64,000 bases of DNA, taken from NCBI RefSeq assembly GCF_009914755.1, contig NC_060926.1, one strand, 5' to 3'. Of this stretch, positions 12,260-25,475 are shown piece by piece. The notes under the pieces were generated by a model. It was not told the DNA's origin and did not search any database. It saw only the letters and a program-made list of their open reading frames with translations. A program made the translations under genes and the position numbers. Source of the DNA: the human T2T-CHM13v2.0 reference genome, Homo sapiens. Within the stretch, counting starts at the first letter, position 1. Every line of letters begins with the position of its first letter.

Positions 12260-13761
12260 TATGGGCATCCTACATACCTCTTAGGTGGTACTCAGAGAAC
12301 CCAGCAATGAGTATTGAACACCCTCAGTGAGCTGAGTTCTGGTTCATCCCAATGGAAGGTATTAGAGAAGGATGAACAAAGTCCCTGTCCAATCTAAGTG
12401 GTGACTCTAAGACACACATGAAATAATGATCAACAACATAAGTCATCACTTGGCCTTGGCTTTAGGATATCTTAGAGAATACACAAAATAACTTGAACTC
12501 AACCCAGATTTGAGAACTTCTATGGTGTTAATGCTAGTACCTTGTGTTTCCCCTGCAACACTCAATCTTTAATGTTTCCACGGAAATTGCTTGCTATTCC
12601 TGCCTCCAGCCATCTCCACAGATATGTGCACCGTAGTCCCACTCCTTCTCACCAGATTACTTGCTCAAATTATCTCTCGAGTATAGCCCTGTGAAACCCA
12701 CCCAATCTCTTTGGCTCCCATGGTACATTAACATATATTCGTACTCATTTTGTGTCCAAATCTTTGTTTCTCTTTCCTTCCCACACAGCATTAATAACCC
12801 CGGGAAAAAAATTCTCTCTGTTACATGATTCTGTTTTTTTTGCTCCTTCATCATTAATACCATAGTGTAATTTATAGGTATAGAGGCAAGAAGATCTCAT
12901 ATGGGAATGTAAGATCATTAAAATCTTCACTGTGGAGCCAAGGTTCAACCTGGGTTTTTAGGAAGAGGCAGGATTTAACTGTTTGAGGGAGTTAACATAT
13001 AATGTAAAACATGGATGTGTTGGGTACATTTTCTGAAGTAGCATCAGGGTATGTATATTCAGGAATTTGCCCTTTACTTTACATGTGAATATAGTTAGAA
13101 CTCTGAGGCTGGGTGGCATTTTAGGAGCCAGACAGGTCCATGAATGCCCTTCCCACTGCCCTAAATTCCCTGAGTTCAATTGACAAGGTTGGAAAAATGG
13201 GGAAGTTAGCATGGAAGTCGGCTGCCAATTCAGGCAGGTGAAGGAGTTCTAATTCGGTCAGGACACCCACTTTGTCCTATTCAATCTGCCTTCACATTTA
13301 AAGGGCCAGTTGTAAAAGTATCCCATCTTCACAAATTCATATCTAACCAACTGGAAATTATTTTCACTGCAAATGTGATTGATTTTATGGAGTCCTTTTT
13401 TTTTTAATCAGGAGTACTTCTAATGCACTGCAGTATTTGTTTACTCAGTGACCAGGAAAATTGAGACATATAGGTTAAACAAAAACTTCATCAAACAATT
13501 TTGGAAGTTTCTTTGTAAATGGTAAGTAGAGTCAGTTGAGGGAGGAAGGAGGAGGAGCTACTAGATGGCACAGTGATTCTGTTACTTTAAAGCATTTTAG
13601 GAACATTTCTGTTTTATAAATTAAGATTCATCTGGGGCCTAGATATATATATTCATTATGAGCTATACAGGTCCATGAACACCCTTCTTACATTCCTGTA
13701 TATAAAATGCCATATATATCTATACATCTGTATCTCCATCTATCTATCAATGCATCTATTA

Positions 13762-13801
<40 letters not shown>
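13762..13801. repeat. (TATC)10 tetranucleotide microsatellite
   Basis: 10 perfect TATC units, with degenerate units upstream. Confidence 0.97.
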
Positions 13802-15429
13802 ATCTTTGTTATATTTAGGCCTATACATAATTTCTATTTTATAAGATAAATTCATCTGTATAGGGCATTTAACTAACTCTAGGTTAATGATATTCTGAGA
13901 TTATCTGATTATATGGCAGTTGGATCTAGAAGTCAGTCCCAAGCACTGAGCCTAAGGATAAGGTTAACTTTGCTGTAGATTAATGCCAGATATTCTTCAA
14001 GAATCAAAACTACTTTAGTATAATCTATTGATGATAGTTAAATATTTTGCTATTCAAGTCCTATTAGTTACCGACTCAAGACTCCTTTTTTTCCAAGAGA
14101 GGTTGTTGATTTAATAACTGTCAGCCAAAGAAGTTCATCAGCAGCTGAAATCCACAGCAAGTTAACTCATAATGAATCTTAAATTTTAGAAAGAATGTTT
14201 TAGCAATATTGAGTGACAAAAGAAAAACAGTTGAAAACAAAATCACCGTGAAACTTCCGTCAGCTCATTAGATTCTCTGAATTCCATAAAAGAGAGAAAT
14301 AATACCAAGTACAACTGAGACTGGAGAAGATTTTATGGTGGAAATCTCTCAGATTCCTTTATTCCAGGAAAATAATTCTGAACTTGAGAATTGAGTGTTT
14401 TCTCTCATGGACATTGGATTGAAAGGCTATTGTATCCAAGGATGTTCACTGTGGCATAACTCTTGCTGTTTGCACAACCTGAAAATGATCCAAAGCTCAG
14501 AGTTATAATTAAGGACCTTGTTACACCATAAAAGATTTTCAAATTTTAATCTATGACAACCCACACAGCACTCAGGGCTTAAATACTTTATTGACCAGGC
14601 TGGCAGGCTGACTCCTCTGTTGGAGCTGGGAGAGTCCTGCTTCAATTTATCTCTCCCACACTACATATTTGTAGTCATAAATCTTTTGCTAGGCTCTTTG
14701 AGCATTAAAAATAGCCTGGCATTGCTGGCTTTCCTTGTGGTACTGTAAGAGCCAAATCAAAGGTGCCAGCCTCCTGTGATCTTTCCATTTTGCGCTGCAG
14801 CAGGAAACGTTTACATCTGTCCCAGCCCTCACTGTCTAAGTGTCAACTCAAACAATGGCATTTCCCACTCAGAGTTTGGCTCCATCTCCCCAGATGCCTC
14901 CCTTATCCAGATAGGGCAGCTGAACAGCAGTCTGGCCCGAGCTGTTCCTCTGCCAGCCTGGGTCTGTTCTCTCTTCTCGATGGTAACTCTGGGTGGTGTG
15001 TTTTCTTCATTCTGCAGGGATCCTGCTAGATGGAGCAGAATAGCTATGCTGCCACCAGGGTCCAGGCTATGGGTTTTCACTAGGACCACTGGAGGAGAGA
15101 GGCGGAGGGAGCAGCAAAGGGCCAGAAACAGTTTCTGGAGGTGCAAAACAGAAGTCATTTGAACACAGGCCCAAATGCAGATCAGAACTAGGTCAAGAGC
15201 TAGAGGGTGACTCCACAAGTATCGGTCAGGTTGTTTAGAGAAGAGACCAACATGTTCAGATAGAATGCTATTTTATGAATTTCCTTCTTCAGACATGAGC
15301 ATGTTATTTGGTTTAAATTTTTATTTCAGTAGTGAGTAGTAAGAAACATTATGGGGGTCATCCCACAGACACTAAGGGGGAATTCCTGTGTCTTCCTTTT
15401 TCTTCTAAGCTGTTTTTCACATCTTTTGT

Positions 15430-16105
15430 AAAATCAGCTTTATTGGGATATAATTGTTATCTAATAAACTGCACATATTTAAAATAAACAATTTGATAAG
15501 CTTTTTATTTGACGGTTTCCACGAGATAATCATTTCCATCAAGATGATGAAAAGATCCATGACGCCCTAATATTTCCTTAGGCTATTTGCACCCCCTTCA
15601 CATCCCACTCTCATCTCCAGGCAACGACTGATCTGTTTTCTGTTAGTATATATTAGTTTGTATTTTCTAGACTTTTATATAAATGGCATCAAACAATATG
15701 CGCTCTTTTTGTTTTAGCTTCTTTCTGTCAACAGGATTATTTTGGGATTTATCTACATTGCATCGTGTATCGATGGTGATGGATGCTGAGCAGCATTCCA
15801 TTGTGTGGATATACTACAGTTTGTTTATCCATTCACCTGGATAATGGACATTTGAGTTGTTTCCAGCTTGGAACTATAACAAATAAAGTTGCTAGGGGCA
15901 TTTGTGTACAAGTTTTTGCATGCCTTCATTTCCCTTGGTTAAATATGTAGGAGTAGAATAGCTACTCTTGGGTAGGTACCTAGAATAGGTTTATATGAAA
16001 GAGTATGTTTGACTTTTTAAGGAACAACCAAACCCTTTTCCAAAGAGGCTGTACCATTTTATATTCCCACTGACTGAGAGTCCCAATTCCTCCACATCCT
16101 GGCTG
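15430..16105 (-). mobile_element. L1MB/L1MC-class 3' fragment
   Basis: cagctttattgggatataatt..aaactgcacatatttaaa, attccattgtgtggatatactacagtttgtttatccattcacc and ttttccaaagaggctgtaccattttatattcccac. Confidence 0.88.
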
Positions 16106-16798
16106 GCTTTTGCTGCAGTTTCTACTAGGGGACATCAATGCAGCAGCCTGCAGGGCCATCTGCATCAAACGTGGCCTCATCTCTGGCCACACATCAAAGA
16201 GTCAAGGTTTTGGCTGGACGAAGAAGAAAAACACAGACCAAGGGATATTAATGACCTAACATGAAGAGAAACTATCTATTTTGTGAGCTTACAAATAACT
16301 AAAGAAGAACTTTTGCAGTATAGTGTTTGTCAGAACCGTGGTGTAATAAATTAATGTGGATCAAAATTTCTGGCCATTATTATAAAGGAAGAAAGGAAAG
16401 TACATATGCTTTGTCTTTCTTTTTACAGAATCCAGTACATGTTATTTGTAGATTGACTAACATGTGATGTTCAGAGATAGAAAAATCTACCTTAGACGAT
16501 TCTTAACAAAGAGAAAAGTGGTTCTGACCATAGTCATTTAGCCCAAATGCCTAGAGCAGAATTCCCTTCTACCTTTTCTCAGAACACAAGTGCCCATAGG
16601 CTCACTACCTCCTGGGGAAGCCTGGTTCTAGTCAAGCGTTTTGTTCATGGAGCAGATTTTTATTTAAGGAATTCATAACTACTGGCCTGGGCACGTGAAG
16701 TAACTTAGACTCAGATGGTCCACATAACACTGCTCAAACAGAACAAGTCCACAGTATAAGGAAGCTAAGTCAGGCTTCAGACAATAGCACCTCTTTTG

Positions 16799-16879
16799 TT
16801 AGGTTAGTGCAAAAGTAATTGTGGGTTTTGCCATTAAAAGTAACGTCAAGAAACCACAATTATTTTTGCATCAACCGAA
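16799..16879. mobile_element. MADE1 (Hsmar1 mariner MITE), palindromic
   Basis: ttaggttagtgcaaaagtaattgtgggttttgccatt..aaaccacaattatttttgcatcaaccgaa followed by TA. ~80 bp. Confidence 0.93.
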
Positions 16880-17948
16880 TACTTCTCTCATTTCGTACAT
16901 CTTAAAATCATATAACCAGGCAGTATCTTAGGGTCATTGGGATCTCGGCTCTGGGGCTTACTTATCCCAGATCTAACCATCCTCAGCATGGTGCTCAGAG
17001 AGAAATATTGTGAGTTTCTGTAGTCATTTCCATATCACACATCTCAACAGAGAAATACGAAAATCCACATGGAAAATCTAGCAGACCTACAAGCGAGAGC
17101 CAGGTGGGAGACTCTTCACCTGCCCCAAAAACTAGTTTATGTGCATGTGACAAAGCGGGCGTTTTTATTGTTCAGACACTAAAACAAACAGAAAATTATG
17201 AAGTGCACAAAAGGATTTTCCACGCTGCTGAACCTTGCAAAGTGTTCACAGTCGAGTTCCCCTTTTTGAATTCATTATCTCAAGGCAGCATTTGGTTTGG
17301 AAAGCCGGGGCAGCTGAGCTGAAAATGTGTATTGTTATTACTTGAAGTTTCTGAGAATAACCTGCACAGGCTGCAGTGTTCAGAACCAGCTTTGTTCTTT
17401 GCAAATTCTTTGTCAGTGAACTCTCTCTTATTCGAGTCATTGGCAAACATGAGAGCCTATGTAAAATATTGATTTAGGGCATATTCCTAATCATTTGTTT
17501 TACTAGCATGTATTTTGGAAAGCTACCTGTAGCTGAAGTGGTTATTAGTACTTTCCCTAAAATTGTATCACTTTCATTTTCACATTCTTTGCTTTGAAAT
17601 ATTTTAACCAGGGGGTGAATATTTAGATCACATTCACAACGAGTCTTTATATAACCAGTCTTCTATTAGGTTATTTTCCTTATAGTCCCACAGATACATC
17701 AATTTCACTTCTGCCTTCTATGCCTTTCCTCACATATTTTTCTTGCTTTTTCCCATCCCATTCCTGCTTGTCATTCAGTGTGTACATTCCTGCCCCTTCT
17801 CTAAGACTCATGAAACCATCAAAGCCTATAGGGACCTCTCTTTCCCCTGACTCCCTATGACAACTGTTTTCTGTCCTATTAATCTGACAGCTAATGAGGT
17901 GGTACTTCATGACATCTCTTTTATTTTTAATTTTGAACAACCATTTAA

Positions 17949-18268
<320 letters not shown>

Positions 18269-18287
18269 TATGATTTAACTTTTTACC

Positions 18288-18400
18288 TGTTTATATCTTG
18301 CCTCTCTAAGTAGATTGGGCACTCCTTCAGATAGAGGGCTACCTGTTTCCCACATTTAGTGCCCATCCCAGCATCAAATGCTTGCTGATTTCAAGACCCA
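18288..18400 (+). mobile_element. L2 3' fragment
   Basis: tagattgggcactccttcagatagaggg..cccagcatcaaatgcttgctga. Confidence 0.5.
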
Positions 18401-19439
18401 GTTTGTGAATGGTCTCACAAGAATTTATTTAATGGGGCTGGGAAGTGAGGGAGTTATTGAAAGCAGAAATAAATTGCTGTTAATTGCTACTGTTTGCAAT
18501 TTGCTATTGGAAGTAGCAAGGTAAATGTTAGTGCACATACAATTGTATTGATTGGATTGTCTTTTTCAAGGTTATTGTTGCAATTAAATTGACCTTTTGC
18601 TGGTACAGAAATAACTTGTTTAATGAAAACTGAACAAATGAATTGGGCATAACTTGAATATAGAAAATAATCAGAGCATTGGATGTAGGTCTTTGTCAAA
18701 TCACTACAAAGGCCAAGTATGGACCTGTTCAGTAGTTGCGCTCAAATGAATAAATAGCTCTTAGGAAGCCAAAACCAAAAACTAGATGGTGGTGATGATG
18801 TCATAATACCACAAACAGGACATGTCATAAATTTGATGTTGCTCTCTACAGCTCACTGAGCATTGAAGGATCCTCTTGGGTGCATTAGGCATGATGCTAG
18901 ATCTAGAATCACTTTGCAAGAAGTAAGCACTGTGCAAAGGAAAGGATTACTCAGGCACCACTTCTGGCATCTGCACATATTCCCTAGCCTTAGCTCCAGG
19001 CCACTTACATTAACTGGTTAATTGCAGAACCTCTGAGACCCTGAGACACTAGATTGTCTAAGATAAGAATCAAGGCCTATGGTACCTTAGTATGTCCTTG
19101 GAAATACAATTCCACTTATCTCTGCCCAGGATCTTACATTCCAAATGGGAAATATTTCACTGAATACTTCGGATCTTTGGTGACCATCTCCTCCTTGATA
19201 GAATGTCATTTAGTGAGTTTTATACTGTGCCCAGCACCATAAGGCAATGAAGAAGTAGTAAAAATGAGAAAGAACCAATATAAAGGGGCACATTGCAAGG
19301 GAAGGATGGAGAAAGCTTTAAGATCTTGATGACATTCGAAAGCTCTTCTAAAGCTGCAGACAGTTCAAATAATGAAGATGAGAATGAGGTGCATAAGCTG
19401 ATCCCTGCTGATGTCCAATAGGCACAAGAACATTAAATT

Positions 19440-19600
19440 GGGAAGCTTTGGACTCCCTGTTGCCAATAGCACTCATAATAACTGTGTTTGCTGTACCGCT
19501 TTGACCAGTACTTTTAAACCTCTCTTTCCTGGCCTATGAAAGGAGAAGATTGGAGCAATTAACCTCTCAGACATCTTAAAGCCTTACCATTCTCTGTAAT
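19440..19600 (+). mobile_element. MIR3-like fragment
   Basis: aacctctctttcctggcctatgaaaggagaagattgg..cattctctg. Diverged. Confidence 0.4.
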
Positions 19601-21649
19601 CAATTATTCCAGACCTCCTGTGTGAACCTCCCCAACCTGACTAACTTGGAACTGACTGCTGACCACCACTTACAGACCTTAAAGGATGTCAGTGAGCCAG
19701 ACCGGTAGCTTATCTCCAACAAGTCTATCCTTTTGGATGGAGGAGATAGTGCCACGTCTTCTGCTTTTCTCTCTCTCTCTTTTGTTTACTTTTCCTAATC
19801 AGAATCTTCTACCTCCTCAAACCTTGTTTTTCCATTCTTCCTTTTTAGAATTCTCTGTGCTATCTTTCTTGGGTTGTTTACGTCCAACTTTCAGATCCCT
19901 TCTGAATGAATTTTTTTTTGGCACGTACAAAACACTCACCCATAAGCATCTGTAACTTAGATTATGTAGGTGGATATCCAGGATTTAATAAGGCCTGAAG
20001 TCTGAAGGAAAATGAAATTAGAGGAACTAAATAGATTCTTATATTGGTTGGATACCAGAAACCCAGAATAAATATCCCAAGTGGCCTTAGTCTGCAGGTT
20101 ATTGAAATCTAGAATTTCTTACTGAAGCAATCTGCATGTTAGAATTCTAAAAGCCCTTTAAAATTGGTACCTCTATCATTTGTCTTTTCTTTATTTTTTT
20201 TTTTTTGTGGGGGCAGGGGACTCATTTTTCTGGACTTTGAACTACATAATCGAAACTGTGGCTATGCTTGTGCCCTATCTCTTTGAGGTTTGGACTAACT
20301 AATGGGTGTCCCTGTCTGCCTTTATTATTTAAGAAACTCTCTCACCATTCCTGTCATAGCCTCTTTTATGCCTGGCCTACTGAGCAGAGGTTCATCCTTC
20401 AGTCGGTTAGCAAGCTTTTGTCAAGATAGATGGAATTTTAGACTTAGTCTGAAGTGCGGTCCCTCTCCATCTGCTTTGGAAACAGCTCACAAATTCTTCT
20501 TGTTGTTTCAGATGTGATCATCAATCTCCTGCCACAGGAAATTAAGAACTGTTATTTGTCTGTTGGGCAGGAGAGATTCCAGAGTTTTGACCCCTAATTC
20601 ATTCCCTACTCTTTGTGCTTTGGCTGTAACATCTAACTAAGGGTTTGCAGGGTCTTCTTTTATTTCTCCAGATTCGTTGCATTAAAAATTGTTTTATCCC
20701 ATTAGTGTGTCATTTCATCATAGTTATTAAAAACAAACTCAGCCACTTTGTAGCCCGGTTTTGTCTGCCGTCTTCCAACCACTGTGCTGCTTCCCTGGAG
20801 AGTCTGTCTCTCAGCAGCTGCTGGTTGGATCATTGAGGCCTTAACCCAGGAGAGGTGCCATCTCTCTCAGAGGTGCTGGCTGTAATTGGCTGGTCCCTTT
20901 GCCACTGTGGGTGGTAGCAAATATGTCTCTAGGACATAAAATATTGGTCCTCAGAATGTAGAGAGAGAAATGGCTAAAGGCCCAGTTTATTAGTGAAGCA
21001 ATGAACTTTAATTATTTTTTAATTATTCAGTAAGTTAAGAAAATGTTTGAACTTTGGATCTTACTACCATTGCTACTGATGAGGAATAAGGGAGGTGAAG
21101 GAATATTGTTTGATAAAAGTGGAAATCCATATCATTTACATGCTGAACATGGTGATTGCACGGTCAGGTGGCAGAGCCTGATTTACTTTTCTGATCAGGG
21201 TTTTAGTAGAAAGAGCCTGCAGTGCCCTTCTCTCCTCCATCATCAGCAGGCTCTTCCAGAAGAAAAGGTGATGATGTGGTTTCATTTCCACAGCATGCTT
21301 TTATTTCTACAGAGAGTAACCTGGAAGGCAAGGCAAACCAAAACACAAAGAAAGGGCCAGAGTCCATGTTTGACACTGTTTTTCTCCTTTTATTTATCCT
21401 TCCTCTGACCATTATGATAGAGTTCTAAAGAACCTGCAGGAGCATTGAGACCAGCTCCTCGTCGCATAGGGCATTCAGGTGGATTACTCAACATCACTGA
21501 GCTTTTTATTGATAGTTGGAGAGCCAGGATTCAGGCCTCCTTACTTCCCTTCCAAGCTTTGTCCCCAATATTGCTTTGCGAAGGGAGCTCTTAGGGAATG
21601 AATCAAAGACACTGGCATACTGTTTACCAAGCTGTTAATAGTGTAATCA

Positions 21650-21850
21650 TTGTAACCACTTATTGAGCATGTACTTTGTGCCTGGAACTTTCCTAAAGCT
21701 GGAAGATAGTTTTAACTTAATCTTCACCAACAAACTACTATTATTATATTAATTAAAAAAGAAGAAGACATTGAGGCACAGTGGGTTTGATAGGTGGCTC
21801 ACGGTCACACAGTTGGTGCTTCGTGGATTAGGAACTCAAGTCCTGTTCTG
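21650..21850 (-). mobile_element. MIR
   Basis: aaccacttattgagcatgtactttgtgcctgg..gaggcacag..ggtcacacagttggt. Confidence 0.75.
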
Positions 21851-22358
21851 CGGGATTCTAAGATACATATTTAAAACTATTACATTCAGCTGCCTGTCAA
21901 CATCCTGGCATGTTACACATTGTTGTGATCCATGTGCGTGCAATTTCATAGCCTGCTTTTTTTCACTAAGCATCCCATGTTATGAAAAACCATAGCATAC
22001 CTGTTATTAAAAATTCTTCATCATTATTATGTTTATAGCTTAATAATGTTACTTCTGATATCTTGCTTCATGTTATTTGTTTTTTATATTTTCTTAATGT
22101 TTTCTTTCTGTTCTTTTTCTATTATTTTCTGAAGCAATTTGCAACTTACATTTAACTGATTATGAGTCGAAAGAATTGAACCATGTTCCAGCCCCTCCTC
22201 CCATATATACAAGATGGAATCATTTGCTTCTTGTTTCTTTGCCTCGCCCCCTTTCTTAGGCCCTGTGTCTTTAACTTGAAGCTCAAAGCACTTTTTACAA
22301 CTATATTATTTCTGACACGATACACACACACATTTGTAGATAGATACATGGATGGGGG

Positions 22359-22375
22359 GAGAGAGAGAGAGAGAG

Positions 22376-22410
<35 letters not shown>
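22359..22410. repeat. Compound (GA)n(GT)16 microsatellite
   Basis: Seen directly in the sequence. Confidence 0.97.
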
Positions 22411-22411
<1 letters not shown>

Positions 22412-22424
22412 TTGAAATAAGTTG

Positions 22425-22890
22425 GTGACATGTTAATTTGAATGACTATAGGGAATCCACATGGAGATGCCCAGGAGATCAGCAGCTCAGGGGTCAAGTC
22501 TGGCTCACAGATATTCCTTTAGGAGTTATTAGCATATAACCAGGAATTATTAGCATATGATCCATATAAGTCTGCAGAGATGTTTCAGGGAGTAAACGCA
22601 AAGATAGAAGAGAAGCAGGCTGAGGATGGGAGTCCAGTGAAGACCAACATTTTAGAGACCTGTGATAGTGAATGAGAAAAAGGAGTCAGAGAAGTCAGAA
22701 GAAAATTAAGAGAAAGGGGCTCCATTCAATGGAGCAGAGGGTTCCAGGAAGGTGGAATGTTTTAGAGAACACACTTGGAGACTGCCCTCTGGATCTGATG
22801 CTATGGGCCAGTGGAGAGGTTAGTAAGTGTCATTCCATTGGGATAATGAGCATGCAGGACACAGGGCTGTGGCTGAGGAGAAAATAAAAG
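22425..22890 (-). mobile_element. L2 fragment
   Basis: catggagatgcccagg..cagagatgtttcagggagt..gatagaagagaagcaggctgaggat..ccaacattttagag. Confidence 0.65.
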
Positions 22891-22924
22891 GTTCAGAGGC
22901 AGCCTGCTTCCTCTGTCTATGCTG

Positions 22925-23070
22925 AACTTCTAGTTCTGGCTCTAGCACTAACATTTAGTGACTTTGGGCAATACTTTATCTTCTGAACCTAAGTTTCCTA
23001 AGCTATACAATTTAGGGAAATGGATTACAGTTGTCTAAATACACTCCAATTCTAGTGCTATGCATACTAT
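22925..23070 (+). mobile_element. MIR3/MIR fragment
   Basis: tctagttctggctctagcactaac..gtgactttgggcaa..ctgaacctaagtttcc. Confidence 0.65.
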
Positions 23071-24289
23071 GATATTGGTAGGTATTAAACTCTCCCCAGA
23101 CACCCAATACAAATACTTCAAGGGGAAAAATTAACTCTAGATTAGTCATCAACTTATGGGCTAAATGAGTCTTAAGGGAGTCTTAAGGGAGGTCTGACCT
23201 TCTGAATATTGCTGTTGTTATCTGTACCATTTTTATACTTTAATTTTAGTCATGAGTGATTAGTGTACCCTTTTAATATCTCCTCAATGGTGTTTCTTCC
23301 CACACGTTTATGGACAATTTTAAGGAAGTCCTTAGTAGCACTGATGCAGGGCTTATTAGAACCCACATCTTGGTGTCCATCTAGTCCATGTGCCAACTAC
23401 GTCCGGCACCCGGCATGTTCCTTAAACTTTACATATTGTTTTCTCCTTCTTTGAGATGCCATTTGTTAAATAATGATATTGAAAGCAATAATCAAATTGG
23501 TACCATATAGTGAGTTTGCTCAAATAATCAGTCTTGACATTCATTCTTGGTTTGGTGTTCTACCACTGCAATCACTGGCCTCTGTTCAGAGGCCCCCACC
23601 AACTTCCCAGTTTGAGAAATGGAAATCCATACGAAGAGGGGGACCTGAATGAAACCCTCTTAAACTGTGTAATGAAAAAGAAGGCTCTAGCAGGCTCCCA
23701 TGGAACCAGTAAGGGTGATGACTCCCATTACATTATAAAGAAAGCCAACCAAACCAAAGATCCTAACTTTCTACAGGTGATATAACTTCTCCTAAGTCTA
23801 GCCACGATCTGATCCATTTGGCTCTGGCTCTCTTTGTTATTGGATGATTGCTCATTTCTGAATTGTTGGAAGGCTAGAAACAAAAATAGGAAAAAGAAAA
23901 TGGCAGACAGCAAAACCTGCTTTGGGCCCCATATTAATCCAGTTACCTGAGAAGTACTACCTACAAATACTTAATTAAGAGTCATTGGAGCTAACGCCTT
24001 TTCCTCTTTCTGGTGGAGTCTAGCCAACTTTTACCAGAAAATTGCCTTCACATTTTGAAATCTCTGTTCTAGTAATAAACTTGTAGACAAAATGTCAGCG
24101 TTTTAAATGGCTGCAGTTTTAGTTATTTTAATTAATTTTCAGTCAAAAGAAGTTGATTTAATCCACATTATTGCTTGCAAATTGTTAAATTTTGTTTGTA
24201 TAATAAACTTTTAAAACTTTCTAGAGTCAATTCCTCTGGGCAAGCTTCAGCATGTTGCTTAGACCTCTATTATAATACTTAAAACATCC

Positions 24290-24452
24290 TATTAGATATT
24301 ACGGTAAGTTATTTACATCTCTCTGTGCCTCACTATTTTGGGAGCTCTTGAAGGAAAAGGATGAAGTCTTATTTATTTATTTACTGACCCTCTTAATATC
24401 TGGAACAGAACCTTGCACATAGTTACTGCTCAATAAATATTTTCTGGATGAC
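24290..24452 (+). mobile_element. L2 3' end
   Basis: gagctcttgaagga..acagaaccttgcacatagttactgctcaataaatatt. Confidence 0.65.
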
Positions 24453-25324
24453 TAAACTCTGAGGAGGGCTTAGAATTAAGAAGATAATTTAAATACTTAC
24501 CCGTTTGGTTATATGCCTAATTCTTTATGCCTTTACTTTTCTGTTTAGTGGCACCATTTATTCCTTGCTTTGTGAGGTGTTAGCTAGAATCTTTGCTGTG
24601 TAATGCTTAGTTCTTTAGAAATTCAAAGTTCTTGGCTCAGCCTCTTGGGTTGTCCTGCCTTTTATAGATGCAGTAAATTTGATCACCATCAAGGGCTGTT
24701 AAACAACATGCAGTGATAAAAATAGTTCCCTTTGCTGACATTAGGTGTTTTCTAAAACAGCTCGATAAATTCTGGTCAACAGAAACTCTTTGTGATTTCA
24801 AAAGTCAGAAAGTGAACTGTTGACATGGATCTGGGCAGATGGAAAATAAATTGCCCTGTAGTTGCTCAGAAATATGTCCTAGGTGCTTTTTACCATGACT
24901 AGTGGTTGACTGTGCCTTCACTCGATGATGTTATAATAGAAGTTATGCAAGCTCACGAGGTTACAAGAGGACTTGTAGGCGGCGACTTGTTTGCAAGGTG
25001 ATGTATCTGCAGGAGGCGTAATGGGTAGGGTGAGTGGGAGTGGTAAGTTGGTGAGTTTTGCAAAGAGCATTGATTTTAAATTTCATTTATCAGGTTCTTG
25101 GGAAGGGGGATGGTGATATTGGTAACTGCAACAAAGAAACCCTGGCTCTAAAGTAAGGCCAGGAAGCAGTAGTAGCAGATGTAGATCTCTTTTCCCCCTT
25201 ACTTTCTACTCCAGTCCTTCCTGCATTTAGCAAACTTCACTCCTCAAACTATACTTTCACATCACCATTATCTTTATTGCCTATTATATTAACCCTAACC
25301 CAAAACAAGTGGAAAAGTACACCA

Positions 25325-25475
25325 AACTGGAAGTACAGAGGCCAGGTACCTGGTTCCTTTCTGTGTCTACCCAGCCAGGTAAAGTTGAGCAAGTTTCATA
25401 ACCTTTCTGGAGCCATTGTCTCTTCTTGAGAAGAATCAATTTGCACTATATGATATCTAAGTACATTTTACTAAG
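25325..25475 (+). mobile_element. MIR fragment
   Basis: ttgagcaagtttcataacctttctggagcc core. Confidence 0.5.

Noticed and set aside
14763-15218. Three overlapping ORFs of 88-129 aa
   Set aside because: No recognisable domain and non-ATG starts. Explained by locally higher GC.
23167-23191. Small tandem duplications (11 bp here; ~10 bp at 37100; 9 bp at 49222) and short hairpins (28167-28181, 50786-50808)
   Set aside because: Common slippage or chance-level features with no supporting context.
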